Shown here: in pieces, positions 1 through 9,233 of the stretch
How positions within the stretch are numbered: position 1 is the stretch's first letter
Layout: each line of letters begins with the position of its first letter
Source: Candidatus Levyibacteriota bacterium
GTDB lineage: Bacteria; Patescibacteriota; Microgenomatia; Levybacterales; UBA12049
Length of the DNA stretch: 64,000 nucleotides
Assembly: GCA_043823085.1 (NCBI GenBank)
Contig: JBDRBE010000004.1
Span: 342,780 to 406,779, forward strand
Direction of reading: 5' to 3'
Notes under the pieces: model-generated
Databases searched by the model: none
Told to the model about the DNA's origin: nothing
What the model saw: the letters and a program-made list of their open reading frames with translations, nothing else
Position numbers and translations under genes: made by a program

Positions 1-151
1 TGAACGATATTAACAACAAGTGATACCAAAAAGAATGAACTCAATGCCAAATGACTAATACTCCCCTCCTCCATCTTAATTTTTCTAAAAATGTAAGTAA
101 AAATGCCAAAAAAAATGGCAAAAATTGCCGAAACAATTAATAAGCCATTTA

Positions 152-373
152 TCAAAAACCAAAAAGGGAGCACGAAAATAAAGGAAAGACTAAAAAAATC
201 CAGCAATCGCAAAGTTTGAATTTTTGATCTTTTTGACATGATAAAAAAATACAAAAAAGCAGCCGCAACTCCCCCAAAGAGAGAAAGTCCGGGATGATAA
301 GGAAATAAAGCAAAAATAAACGGGTTAAAAAATTTTGGATCAAAATGAAAAACGACATAAAAAATCCTGGCAA
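152..373 (-). CDS. hypothetical hydrophobic ORF. It is possibly part of a membrane protein at the window edge.
   Basis: 73-aa highly hydrophobic ORF. The surrounding minus-strand sequence is hydrophobic-codon rich. No homology assignment. Confidence 0.15.
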   Translation of the reverse strand: MPGFFMSFFILIQNFLTRLFLLYFLIIPDFLSLGELRLLFCIFLSCQKDQKFKLCDCWIFLVFPLFSCSLFGF

Positions 374-534
374 AAAATAGTCCGATAATTATTGCTACAA
401 ATGCCAAATCATAAACTTTGTCCATCGAAATGTTTTTTCTGATAAGTACAAAGTCGTCATGGGCAAAGATGTAAAGACAAATCAAAAAAAGCAAAAAACA
501 GAACGCAAAAAGAAAAAATGAAAATTGCATAAAT

Positions 535-1806
535 TTACCGTCTGGCCATCAACACTCTTAACCCGCTAAAAGCGATTAAACTGATTCCAATTCCTGTCAA
601 AACGCGCCCCACTCCAAAAATGTCAGAAAGTTCTCCAACAATAATAACCGGCAAAAAAGAAGAAATCCCAACCAGAGAATTTAATACTCCATAAATCTTT
701 CCCCTAATTTCATCAGAAGTTTTTTCCTGCAAGAGCGTGTTTGACGGCACAAAAATCAAAGCGTTGGCAAATCCCAAAACAAAAGCCAAAAAAACCATGA
801 TATGAAGGATGTTAATAGTAAAAATATGCGGCAAATAATCATTTATTGTCTGAACAATTTCTCTTGAGGTAACTTTTGATCCATAAGGTAAAAAAAGAAT
901 CGATAATCCTCCGAGCATTACTCCGATATTGGCCATTTTTTCCCTTGAAAAATCATGAAAAAAATTAGCAATAATAATTGCGCCAACTACCATTCCAAGG
1001 GCCGCCGGCGTAACCAAAACTAATGGAAACTCCTCAACGTTAATTCCTAAAACCTGATGAGCAAATCCCGGCCCGACCACGGCAAAAAGTAAAATCAAAA
1101 CTTGCGAAAGAGTCAAAAGAAAAAGAGAATGATAAATCTCTTTAGTTTTTGCGATAAGACTAAAAGAGCTTCTTAATTCTCTGCCAAAATCGAGTTTTAA
1201 ACTCATCGCTTCCTCTTTTACTTTTTTGATTTTAGGAGCTTTAAGAAACGATATCGCAAATGCGGCTATAAAAAAAAGAACGGCAAGCACTATAAAAACG
1301 TTCCTTGAACCAAAAAAAATTAAAAAAGGTCCGGAAAGTGCATAAGCGACTAAAATTGAACCATATATCCCCATGCCAAAAAGCGCATTTGCCGAAAGAA
1401 GAAGTTTTTTTTTCACAACTAAGGGAATCATTGGGGTTTCTGCCGGAATAAAAAATTGCGTCACAATCGACATTGCAAAAGATAAAAGATAAATGAAGAA
1501 AAGATTGGAATGCAAAAAAGCAAGAATTATTAAAAGCATTGCCCGAACAATATTTGTGATAAAAAGAACATTTCTTTTATTCCATCTGTCAACATAAACT
1601 CCCGCCAATATTCCAAAAATGACAGCAGGTAAAGTAAATGAAAGAACAATCCCCGAAACAGCTGTATTTGAATTAGAAATTTTAAAGGCCACGATGATGA
1701 GAATAAAATTCATCATGTTAAAGCCTACTTGAGAAAAGACTTCGGCAATCCAAAGAAGAGAAAATCTTTTATTAAAAAGGGCGCAAAGAAGATGATTGTT
1801 CTTCAT
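535..1806 (-). CDS. MFS family transporter
   Basis: 423 aa, about 12 predicted TM segments. N-terminal MFS-like motifs (GxLaD-RwgrR-like: VYVDRWNKRN). Confidence 0.65.
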   Translation of the reverse strand: MKNNHLLCALFNKRFSLLWIAEVFSQVGFNMMNFILIIVAFKISNSNTAVSGIVLSFTLPAVIFGILAGVYVDRWNKRNVLFITNIVRAMLLIILAFLHSNLFFIYLLSFAMSIVTQFFIPAETPMIPLVVKKKLLLSANALFGMGIYGSILVAYALSGPFLIFFGSRNVFIVLAVLFFIAAFAISFLKAPKIKKVKEEAMSLKLDFGRELRSSFSLIAKTKEIYHSLFLLTLSQVLILLFAVVGPGFAHQVLGINVEEFPLVLVTPAALGMVVGAIIIANFFHDFSREKMANIGVMLGGLSILFLPYGSKVTSREIVQTINDYLPHIFTINILHIMVFLAFVLGFANALIFVPSNTLLQEKTSDEIRGKIYGVLNSLVGISSFLPVIIVGELSDIFGVGRVLTGIGISLIAFSGLRVLMARR

Positions 1807-1811
1807 TATTC

Positions 1812-2366
1812 TTAAACTCTTTCGCTATACTCTCCGGTTCTTGTATCAATTCTAACTTTATCGCCTATTTTTATAAAAAGAGGGACTCTGGTTTTCAATC
1901 CGTTTTCTAAAATCGCGTCTTTATAAATATTAGTTGCCGAATTTCCTCTAATTGACGGCCCGGTGTCTGAAACCGTAAAATCCATTTTTGGCGCAAGGCT
2001 TATCGATAATGGCTCATTTTCCAAAAAACTAATAGAACAACTTTCCCCTTCTTTTAAAAATTTATGCTCGGGGATTTTATTAAGCGCAATTACTATTTGC
2101 TCAAAGGTTTGAGGATTCATAAAATAAACCGATTCGTCATCTTTATATAAATATTGATAATCCTTTTTGACCAAAAACACCTCGCTGACTTTAGCGCCGT
2201 TGATAAAACTTTTTTCAGTAGTCGAGCTACTTTTTAAATTTCTAACTTTAACCTTAATATTGGCGCTTCCCCGCCCCATTTTTATATGCTCGTAGGAAAG
2301 CACCTGAAAAATTTGTCCCTGATCTTCAAAAATAGTACCGCTTCTTAAATCTGTAACTGATAACAC
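1812..2366 (-). CDS. efp: translation elongation factor P
   Basis: Protein matches EF-P architecture (GTIFEDQGQIFQVLSYEHIKMGRGSANIKVKVRNL ...). The ORF track has a spurious N-terminal extension; the likely start is near 2366. Confidence 0.8.
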   Translation of the reverse strand: MLSVTDLRSGTIFEDQGQIFQVLSYEHIKMGRGSANIKVKVRNLKSSSTTEKSFINGAKVSEVFLVKKDYQYLYKDDESVYFMNPQTFEQIVIALNKIPEHKFLKEGESCSISFLENEPLSISLAPKMDFTVSDTGPSIRGNSATNIYKDAILENGLKTRVPLFIKIGDKVRIDTRTGEYSERV

Positions 2367-2521
2367 AATTGTACAAAATGGCGAGAGAATAAGATTTTCG
2401 CAAGTCGCGAATAATGAATACAATCATCAACTAATCACAGACGACCTAGTAGTCTAAACATCAATAACTAGCACATTGAACCGCGACAAGAAAATTCTAT
2501 TCTCGAGCCAAACAATTCTAC

Positions 2522-4030
2522 TTAAAGGCTTTTCAAATAATTAAGCATTAATCTCACTCCAAACCCCGTCCCCCCTTTTGGCCCTAATTCAAAACTTTTT
2601 TCAGCATACGCCGGTCCGGCAATATCCAAATGCACCCATGGCTTGCTATCCACAAATTCTTCCAAAAACAATCCGCCTGTTATTGCTACACCATATCGAG
2701 AGCTTGAAGTATTTGAAACGTCAGCCACTTCGCTTTTATTTAATTCTTTGTACTCTTTAACAAGCGGTAGTTCCCAAACTTTCTCACCCGTTTCTTTTGC
2801 AACTTTTAGTAATTTTGATTTTAGTTCTTCATTGTTGCCCATAAGACCGGCATATTCTGTTCCAAGAGCAACCATACATGCACCGGTTAAAGTTGCCAAA
2901 TCAATAATTTCGGTTGCTCCTTTTTTAACCGCATAAGAAAGACTGTCTGCCAAAGTAAGCCTGCCTTCTGCATCAGTATGAAGAACCTCGATTGTTGTTC
3001 CATTCATTGCTTTTAAAACGTCTCCTGGAGCAAGAGATTTTCCGGAAATCAAATTAGGCGTTGCGGCAATTAAACCCATAATGCACATCTGCGGTTTAAT
3101 TTCGGAAATCACCGAAAAGACCGAAAGAACTACTGCCGCTCCGGCCATATCCATTTTCATATCAAACATTGACTCGCCTCTTTTAATTGACAGTCCTCCG
3201 CTGTCAAAAGTAATTCCTTTGCCGACAATGGCCAGTTTTTGTTTTTTGTGAGAAAGACCTTTTGGACAATATTCAAGATGAATAAATTTTGGCGGAGTTT
3301 CCGCTCCTTTTGCAACACCCAAAAATGCACCCATACCTATTTTTTCAAGCTCCAATCTGTCATAAACAGTGCATTTTAGGTCTTTATTTTTCTTTGACAA
3401 ATCCTGCGCCAATTGAGCAAGAAATGTCGGATCTACAACGGCTGACGGTTCATTAACTAAATCGCGGCAAAGCTTTGTGGCATTTGAAAAAATCTCTGCC
3501 GTTCTTACTCCCTCTTTTATTTTTAGCGCCATATTTTTATTACTCTCCGAAAATATTATTAAACTCAATTCTTTTACATCTTCATCCTTTTTCTTATATT
3601 TGTTGAATTGATAAACGCCAAGCAAAAACCCCTCACTAGTCACTTGTGATTGAACTTCTGCTCCAATTTTAAAATCTTTTTCTTCAAGTATTAGAAGTGC
3701 AACGGATGAAAGTTTTTTGCTGTTTGATTTTGCAAATCCGGAAATTACTTTTCGAAGAATATTTTGATTAAACTCCTCTTTTTTACCAAACCCTAAAACA
3801 AAAACTTTAGGGGCAAGAATTTTATCGCAGGTGTGAATGATTACGAGCTCTCCTTCTTTTGCCTTAAAATTTTCCTGTTTAACAAAATCCGAAATCTGGT
3901 TTTTTAAGACTTTATCAAGCATTAAAAATCCTTGACTTGGCAAAATCCCCTCTTTTTGCTCAAAGGCAAAAAGCAGAATTGCGTCTGCCGAAATATTATC
4001 TAGAGAATTAGATGAAACCTCAAAATCCAT
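2522..4030 (-). CDS. pepA: leucyl aminopeptidase (M17 family)
   Basis: 502 aa. Carries the M17 signature NTDAEGRLTLAD and a conserved C-terminal catalytic domain. Confidence 0.85.
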   Translation of the reverse strand: MDFEVSSNSLDNISADAILLFAFEQKEGILPSQGFLMLDKVLKNQISDFVKQENFKAKEGELVIIHTCDKILAPKVFVLGFGKKEEFNQNILRKVISGFAKSNSKKLSSVALLILEEKDFKIGAEVQSQVTSEGFLLGVYQFNKYKKKDEDVKELSLIIFSESNKNMALKIKEGVRTAEIFSNATKLCRDLVNEPSAVVDPTFLAQLAQDLSKKNKDLKCTVYDRLELEKIGMGAFLGVAKGAETPPKFIHLEYCPKGLSHKKQKLAIVGKGITFDSGGLSIKRGESMFDMKMDMAGAAVVLSVFSVISEIKPQMCIMGLIAATPNLISGKSLAPGDVLKAMNGTTIEVLHTDAEGRLTLADSLSYAVKKGATEIIDLATLTGACMVALGTEYAGLMGNNEELKSKLLKVAKETGEKVWELPLVKEYKELNKSEVADVSNTSSSRYGVAITGGLFLEEFVDSKPWVHLDIAGPAYAEKSFELGPKGGTGFGVRLMLNYLKSL

Positions 4031-4081
4031 ATATCTTCCTATTCTATCATCTTGCCCTCAAAAATCAAGGGATACTAAATT

Positions 4082-4110
4082 AGCTTCGCAAGGCGACGCC
4101 TTGCGAAGCT
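4082..4110. repeat. 29-bp near-perfect palindrome AGCTTCGCAAGGCGACGCCTTGCGAAGCT. A second copy is inside folA at 62503-62531.
   Basis: Seen directly in the sequence. Intergenic, between the pepA start and tRNA-Leu. Confidence 0.6.
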
Positions 4111-4179
4111 AAAATTTGAATAGTGCCATCGAAGCCAATTAAAGTTAAAGCTTGTTATGTTATAATTATTCCAGTCTTA

Positions 4180-4265
4180 AGGGCAAGTGGCGGAACGGTA
4201 TACGCGTGAGTCTCAAAAACTCATGAGCTGAAAGGTTCATGTGGGTTCGAATCCCTCCTTGCCCA
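4180..4265 (+). tRNA. tRNA-Leu(CAA), type II with a long variable arm
   Basis: Acceptor GGGCAAG/CTTGCCC. D-arm GTGGCGGAACGGTATACGC is like bacterial tRNA-Leu. Anticodon stem TGAGT/ACTCA with loop CTCAAAA gives anticodon CAA. T-loop TTCGAAT. Discriminator A, with no encoded CCA. Confidence 0.8.
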
Positions 4266-4302
4266 CAAAAGAAAGGGTTGAATTTATTCAATATTTTCTA
4301 CA

Positions 4303-5160
4303 ATGATCTGGCTTTTATTTGCATTTTTAACAGCCCTTTTTGAGTCCTTAAAGGATATCTTAAGCAAACACAATCTCAAAAAGATTGACGAATATTCCGC
4401 TTCTTTGGCTTTCCGTTTATCTTTTGTTTTTCTCCTGCCATATTTATTATTTTCGAAAATCCCAACCCTCAATAATCTTTTTTTTATCGCTTTAATTTTT
4501 GCTGTTCCAATAAATATTGCAACCGCAATTCTTTATATGAAAGCGTTAAAGAATTCAGATGTATCATTGAGCATCCCCCTTACAGCTTTTACGCCTTTGT
4601 TTCTTTTAATCACTTCCCCTTTGATTATTCACGAATTTCCTTCTTTTTTAGGCCTTTTGGGGGTGCTTTTAATAGTTTTTGGTTCATATCTTCTAAACCT
4701 CCAAGAAAGACATAAAGGATTTTTTGTTCCTTTTAAGGCCTTACTTAAAGAGAAAGGCCCTCGCTTTATGCTCCTTGTCGCTTTTTTGTGGAGTATCGGT
4801 TCAAACTTCGATAAAATCGGAGTTTTAAATTCCTCCCCTATTTTTTGGGTCATTGCCGTAAATTTCTGCTCAACTTTAATTTTAATTCCAATTGTTTTCA
4901 AAAGAAATAAAAATGCTGCAATAACTCTTCCCAAAAACTTAAGTCTTCTCACAATAAGTCTTGCTAGCGCTTTAAGTTTGGCTTTCCAAATGACTGCAAT
5001 ATCCCTGGCTCTTGTCTCTTATGTTATTTCTATAAAAAGAACAAGTATCCTAATAACCATTATTTTAGGAGCGCTAGTATTTAGAGAAAAAGGCTTGAAA
5101 GAAAGATTAATTGGAGGCATAATAATGATTGCAGGCATCATTTTAATCGCATTTTCATAA
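4303..5160 (+). CDS. EamA/DMT family transporter
   Basis: 285 aa with about 10 TM helices and two EamA-like halves. Confidence 0.65.
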   Translation: MIWLLFAFLTALFESLKDILSKHNLKKIDEYSASLAFRLSFVFLLPYLLFSKIPTLNNLFFIALIFAVPINIATAILYMKALKNSDVSLSIPLTAFTPLFLLITSPLIIHEFPSFLGLLGVLLIVFGSYLLNLQERHKGFFVPFKALLKEKGPRFMLLVAFLWSIGSNFDKIGVLNSSPIFWVIAVNFCSTLILIPIVFKRNKNAAITLPKNLSLLTISLASALSLAFQMTAISLALVSYVISIKRTSILITIILGALVFREKGLKERLIGGIIMIAGIILIAFS

Positions 5161-5289
5161 GGTGACCAAGCTAGTTCACCTTAGAGGTGGTCTAGATAGG
5201 CCACCTCGCTCCTACTCCATCCCCTGCATTATTAAAATTTCTGTTGAAAGCAACAAAAAATATTTCGATTGGCTAAAAGGTCAAATTTC

Positions 5290-5649
5290 TTAAATAATCT
5301 TTTTTCCTGTTTCCAAATCGACAACTTCACTAATTCCAACCAGTATTGCGGATTTTGGGAGAGGCGGGTTGCTTTTGGAAATCGCAAGATTTAAATATTT
5401 CCCCGATGAATAAACTGATGCTGTACCATCAATTCTGAAATAATGCTTGTCCTCATTTGCTACTATTGAAACTTTGTTGTTCTCTTTAATATTTTCCAGG
5501 GTTTTCTTCATCAAACACGCCCCAATTAATATTTTATTATCAATAATGCCAAGGGAAAGTACAGCGATAGCTCGTGACCTTCCGTCTTTTGAACTGGTTG
5601 CCAGAACAATCGCCTGTCTTTCTTTTAGCGCCTTTTTCCAAAAATCCAT
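5290..5649 (-). CDS. pyridoxamine 5'-phosphate oxidase-like (FMN-binding split barrel) protein, putative
   Basis: 119-aa protein with a PNPOx-like N-terminal pattern (LATSSKDGRSRAIAV). Weak assignment. Confidence 0.35.
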   Translation of the reverse strand: MDFWKKALKERQAIVLATSSKDGRSRAIAVLSLGIIDNKILIGACLMKKTLENIKENNKVSIVANEDKHYFRIDGTASVYSSGKYLNLAISKSNPPLPKSAILVGISEVVDLETGKKII

Positions 5650-5653
5650 AAAT

Positions 5654-5872
5654 TTACACTCCTACTTTGGCAGAAATAGCAGCTAGTTTTTCTTCTATTC
5701 TTGCAAGCGACGCCAAGATCTTTTCATGCGGGTCCCCTCCTGGAACCGGCCCTCCCATTGGAGGCGGTGGCGGTGGAGGCGGCCCGCCTAGTCCTGGCGA
5801 GACTGGCATCCCTCCCGGTGGAGGCGGAACAAGTCCCGGTCCTCCTAGTCCTTGATTTATTTGATCATCCAT
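5654..5872 (-). CDS. small Pro/Gly-rich protein (PPPPPPPP tract) with a C-terminal helical tail
   Basis: 72 aa. GGGGGTG RBS 7 nt upstream of the ATG. GC-rich low-complexity coding in an AT-rich genome. The start of the next gene follows 5 bp downstream, so an operon is likely. Confidence 0.5.
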   Translation of the reverse strand: MDDQINQGLGGPGLVPPPPGGMPVSPGLGGPPPPPPPPMGGPVPGGDPHEKILASLARIEEKLAAISAKVGV

Positions 5873-5880
5873 TATTTATC

Positions 5881-6003
5881 ACCCCCTAACCATTTAGAAT
5901 TTTTGAAGTTGGATATCTTTGACATATTTGATCTTGAATATTTGAATAATTGACATCTTTATATCTAGAATTCAAGAAAATCACACTTCTAATCTCAAGA
6001 ATT
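5881..6003. repeat. partial copy of the palindromic intergenic element family (TCAAGA/GATATC/TCTAGA words, ..AATCACACTTCTAATCTCAAGAATTCTAAT terminus)
   Basis: Shares terminus and word composition with the elements at 42151, 43544, 48677 and 62074. Lacks the CAGCTG core. Confidence 0.45.
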
Positions 6004-7323
6004 CTAATCACTCTCTCTCTTTTTTTCGACACTATAAAATCTTATTCTATCTCCCCTAAAAAGTAAATCGATTTCGCCTGTTGGTCCGTTTCGATGCTTG
6101 GCAATTAAAAGTTTCATCGGCATTGTTTTTCCGTATTCTTCTTCGGTTCTATACAAAAACATCACCACGTCCGCGTCTTGTTCAATAGCTCCACTTTCCC
6201 GAAGATCCGCAAGCTGCGGTTTCCTCTCTCCCCTGTGCTCAACAGCACGCGAAAGTTGGGAAACTGCCAGAACCGGAACTTTAAGTTCTCTTGCCAAATT
6301 TTTTAAAGATTGGGAAACAATTGAAACTTCCTGAACCCGGTTGTCATAACGTCTCCCCGGATCTGCCAACTGTAAATAGTCAACGATAATCAATTTTATT
6401 TTATGCTCTAGCTGAAGTCTTCTTGCTTTAGAACGCATATCCGAAACAGAAAGTCCCGGCGTATCGTCAATAAAAATTGGCGCATCTGCAAGCTGTCCCA
6501 TGGCTTCTGACAAATTGCTAAAATCGCTTTCTGAAAGTTTTCCGGTTTTTAATCTCCAGGAATCAACATCTGCCTGATTAACCAAAAGTCTATCCACAAC
6601 TTCCTCCTTGCTCATTTCAAGGGAAAAAAATCCAACCGGAATTTTCTCATTAACGCCTATAAATTGTGCGATATTTACTGCCAGCGCTGTTTTTCCCTGT
6701 CCGGGACGAGCCGCCAAAATTATCAAATTTGACTCCTGAAGTCCGGAAAGCATATTATCTAAATCCATGAAACCTGTTTTTATACCGCGGAACCCCGCTC
6801 CCTTTTTATGCAGTTCATCAATTCTGTCAAAACTCTCGGCTAAAGCCTCACGAATTGGAATAAACCCTTTTGAAATTTGCCATTGAGAAAGAGAAAAAAT
6901 TGATGACTCGGCTTTATTGAGAATATCTTTTACTTCCTCTTCGCTGAAACCAAGTTCCGAAATTTCGTTGCCTGCCTTTATTAATGACCTTTTTAGAGAT
7001 GCTTCTTTTATAAGAAGAGCGTAGTGTTCAACATTTGCCGCGGTCGGAACTTTATTAATAAGATCGCTGATAAAAGACGCTTCGATTTTTTTGTCCATTT
7101 TTTCTTTTTTGAGTCTTGAGGTTAATGTAAGAATATCGATTGGTTTTTTATCTTCATATAAAGTTAGCATCACATTGTAAATAATGGCGTTTATGTCGTT
7201 ATAAAAATCTTTTGGAGAAATAATTTCGGAAACAATACTTATTGCATCTTTATCAATAAGAATTGCGCCCAAAACGCTTTCTTCTGCCTCGTCATTATGT
7301 GGAAGGATGCGTGAAACTACCAT
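6004..7323 (-). CDS. dnaB: replicative DNA helicase DnaB
   Basis: 439 aa. N-terminal DnaB domain (LPHNDEAEESVLGAIL). Walker A GARPGQGKT. RecA-like C-terminal domain. Confidence 0.9.
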   Translation of the reverse strand: MVVSRILPHNDEAEESVLGAILIDKDAISIVSEIISPKDFYNDINAIIYNVMLTLYEDKKPIDILTLTSRLKKEKMDKKIEASFISDLINKVPTAANVEHYALLIKEASLKRSLIKAGNEISELGFSEEEVKDILNKAESSIFSLSQWQISKGFIPIREALAESFDRIDELHKKGAGFRGIKTGFMDLDNMLSGLQESNLIILAARPGQGKTALAVNIAQFIGVNEKIPVGFFSLEMSKEEVVDRLLVNQADVDSWRLKTGKLSESDFSNLSEAMGQLADAPIFIDDTPGLSVSDMRSKARRLQLEHKIKLIIVDYLQLADPGRRYDNRVQEVSIVSQSLKNLARELKVPVLAVSQLSRAVEHRGERKPQLADLRESGAIEQDADVVMFLYRTEEEYGKTMPMKLLIAKHRNGPTGEIDLLFRGDRIRFYSVEKKRESD

Positions 7324-7324
7324 A

Positions 7325-7400
7325 ATACTAGTTTATTAGCGTCTAGCGGCTAGCGTTTAGTTTAACTATACGCTATACACTATTAACTAGACGCTAGTAA
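7325..7400. repeat. ACGCTA/TAGACGCTAG word-repeat block
   Basis: Sequence ttagcgtctagcggctagcgtttag..aactatacgctatacactattaactagacgctag. Same word family as 31980-32010, 32302-32360 and inside dnaX at 45001-45070. Confidence 0.5.
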
Positions 7401-7898
7401 TACTTTTTCCAACTCCGCCGGTAAGCTTTCTTTTTTTACAACGTATTTGGAAACTGATTTTAACGAACTGTCAAGACCTGAATCTGCTTTAAGTTTATTT
7501 TCCTCACCGTAAAAAATAGCAACTTTCGGTTCAATATTGGTAAGAATCGACGGGTCAAACTTTTGGTCAACATGAATTATCGCAATATCATACCCTTTTG
7601 TTTCTGCTTTAATTTTTTCCAATTCCGATGATTTTCCCAAAATTAAACTTATTCCGTCTACAAAAAGATCATAGGTGTGATTAAGCGAAGAAACCTTGAC
7701 GCCGGAGAACTCATACTCCCCCGCTCCATTTATTAAAATCCGTGAACCTTCAACCTTAGACGAATCAAATTCGCAATCTTTTAGAAGTAAAACGGCATCG
7801 CTTGGTGTTTTTGTCTTTAACATTGAAGGGTCAACAAGAAGCGACGAATTTTTTCCTTTTATTCTTAAACAATTTTCTCCGACAAGTTGTATTTCCAT
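7383..7898 (-). CDS. hypothetical protein. It may have a degenerate metallo-beta-lactamase-fold-like N-terminus.
   Basis: 171-aa ORF. N-terminus MEIQLVGENCLRIKGKNSSLLVDP resembles short MBL-fold proteins, but the His motifs are absent. Confidence 0.3.
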   Translation of the reverse strand: MEIQLVGENCLRIKGKNSSLLVDPSMLKTKTPSDAVLLLKDCEFDSSKVEGSRILINGAGEYEFSGVKVSSLNHTYDLFVDGISLILGKSSELEKIKAETKGYDIAIIHVDQKFDPSILTNIEPKVAIFYGEENKLKADSGLDSSLKSVSKYVVKKESLPAELEKVLLASS

Positions 7899-7973
7899 AG
7901 AAACATCCTATCACAGGCAATTTTTCTTGACAAGAGGATTTTTTTGAATTATCATATGGTTTATTAAAACGAG

Positions 7974-8399
7974 ATGAAAACCGAAAGAATTGTCATATCT
8001 TTTATTGCCGTTGCCATTGGCATACTTTTTGCGGGAATTGTTTTTTATTTTTACCAGACAACCAAAGTCGTACCGGCATCACAAACAAAAACCATTACTG
8101 TTACTTCTCCTTCGCCAACTTCAAGTCCATCAATATCTTTATCGGTTGATAATCCAAAAGACGAAGCAGTTTCCGACACAAAAATAATTTCAGTTTCAGG
8201 GAAAACTACAACAGATGCTGTGATAGCAATCATTACAAACTCACAAAATCAAGTTGTAACACCCGCTTCCAATGGTAATTTTTCCGCCAATATCACTCTG
8301 GATGACAGACAAAATGAGATAGAAATAACTGCTATCGCTGCAAATGGAGAAGAAACAAGAATTGTAAGGACTGTTACATATTCAACAGAAAATTTTTAA
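7974..8399 (+). CDS. hypothetical membrane-anchored protein
   Basis: 141 aa. N-terminal TM helix, then a Ser/Thr-rich linker and a beta-rich domain. Confidence 0.4.
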   Translation: MKTERIVISFIAVAIGILFAGIVFYFYQTTKVVPASQTKTITVTSPSPTSSPSISLSVDNPKDEAVSDTKIISVSGKTTTDAVIAIITNSQNQVVTPASNGNFSANITLDDRQNEIEITAIAANGEETRIVRTVTYSTENF

Positions 8400-8402
8400 G
8401 AT

Positions 8403-9170
8403 ATGAAAAATAAAAAAATCATTATTTTGTTGTTTGTTGTTTGTTGTCTGTTGTTTGTTGTCGCCGTACCGCAGGCAACGGCCAAACCAACTCCAACGCC
8501 AACAATTAGTAAAAGCGAACAGCAGTTAAATGAAATAAAAGACAGAATCGCATCGAGAGTTGCCGAATTAAAGCTTGTCGAAAAAAGAGGAATAATCGGA
8601 ACAGTTACTGATACTTCCGATACGCAAATCACAATTTCCGATTTGGCAACAAATACAAGATTTATTGACGTTGACGAAATAACGAAATTCTCATCACCTG
8701 GCGCAAAAACGACTTTTGGCATTTCCGATCTTACCAAAGGAGAAAAATTGGGAATTTTAGGTTTATATAACAAGCAGTCACGAAGAATTTTGGCAAGATT
8801 TGTAAATGTTTTGAATCCTCAAAAAATTATCTATGGCGCAGTTGAATCGATAGACGCACAAAATTTCACTGTTAAAATTATTACCGAAAAAAAAGAATCG
8901 ATTGACGTTGACGTTGAAAAAACAACTAAAACTTCTTCCTACACAAAAGACAGCGGACTTGTTAAATCCGGATTTTCAAAAATATTAGTTGAACAAAGAA
9001 TAATTGTTAGGGGAATTTCGGATATTAAAAACCCAAGTCACGTTTTTGCCTCGCAAATTATTATTTTCCCGGACATTCCTAAAAATCCAAAAATTGTTTT
9101 ATCGCAAATTTCCCCAACTCTCACAGAAACAATTACACCTTCCCTTCAACCGGAAGCGGTAAAAAATTAA
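8403..9170 (+). CDS. hypothetical secreted protein
   Basis: 255 aa. Signal peptide (MKNKKIIILLFVVCCLLFVVAVPQATA) followed by a PTPTPT linker. Immediately downstream of the previous ORF. Confidence 0.45.
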   Translation: MKNKKIIILLFVVCCLLFVVAVPQATAKPTPTPTISKSEQQLNEIKDRIASRVAELKLVEKRGIIGTVTDTSDTQITISDLATNTRFIDVDEITKFSSPGAKTTFGISDLTKGEKLGILGLYNKQSRRILARFVNVLNPQKIIYGAVESIDAQNFTVKIITEKKESIDVDVEKTTKTSSYTKDSGLVKSGFSKILVEQRIIVRGISDIKNPSHVFASQIIIFPDIPKNPKIVLSQISPTLTETITPSLQPEAVKN

Positions 9171-9233
9171 CGCCAATCACAAAATAGCTAATAGCTTATG
9201 GCTAATAGCTAATGGTTAAAACCTCTTATATCA

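Noticed and set aside
2578-2936. Plus-strand ORFs 2578-2760 and 2643-2936, antisense within pepA.
   Set aside because: They lie fully inside a well-supported conserved gene on the other strand. They have low-complexity composition and no start signals.
4629-4952. Minus-strand 107-aa ORF inside the EamA transporter gene.
   Set aside because: It is antisense to a coherent 10-TM transporter ORF. It is Lys- and Arg-rich, as expected from reverse translation of hydrophobic codons.
5667-5889. Plus-strand poly-Gly/Pro ORFs opposite the Pro/Gly-rich gene.
   Set aside because: They are mirror translations of the same GC-rich low-complexity tract. The minus-strand ORF has the RBS and the operon context.
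8396-8773. Minus-strand ORF 8396-8773 overlapping the secreted-protein gene.
   Set aside because: There is no RBS or promoter. The forward gene has a signal peptide and consistent codon usage.
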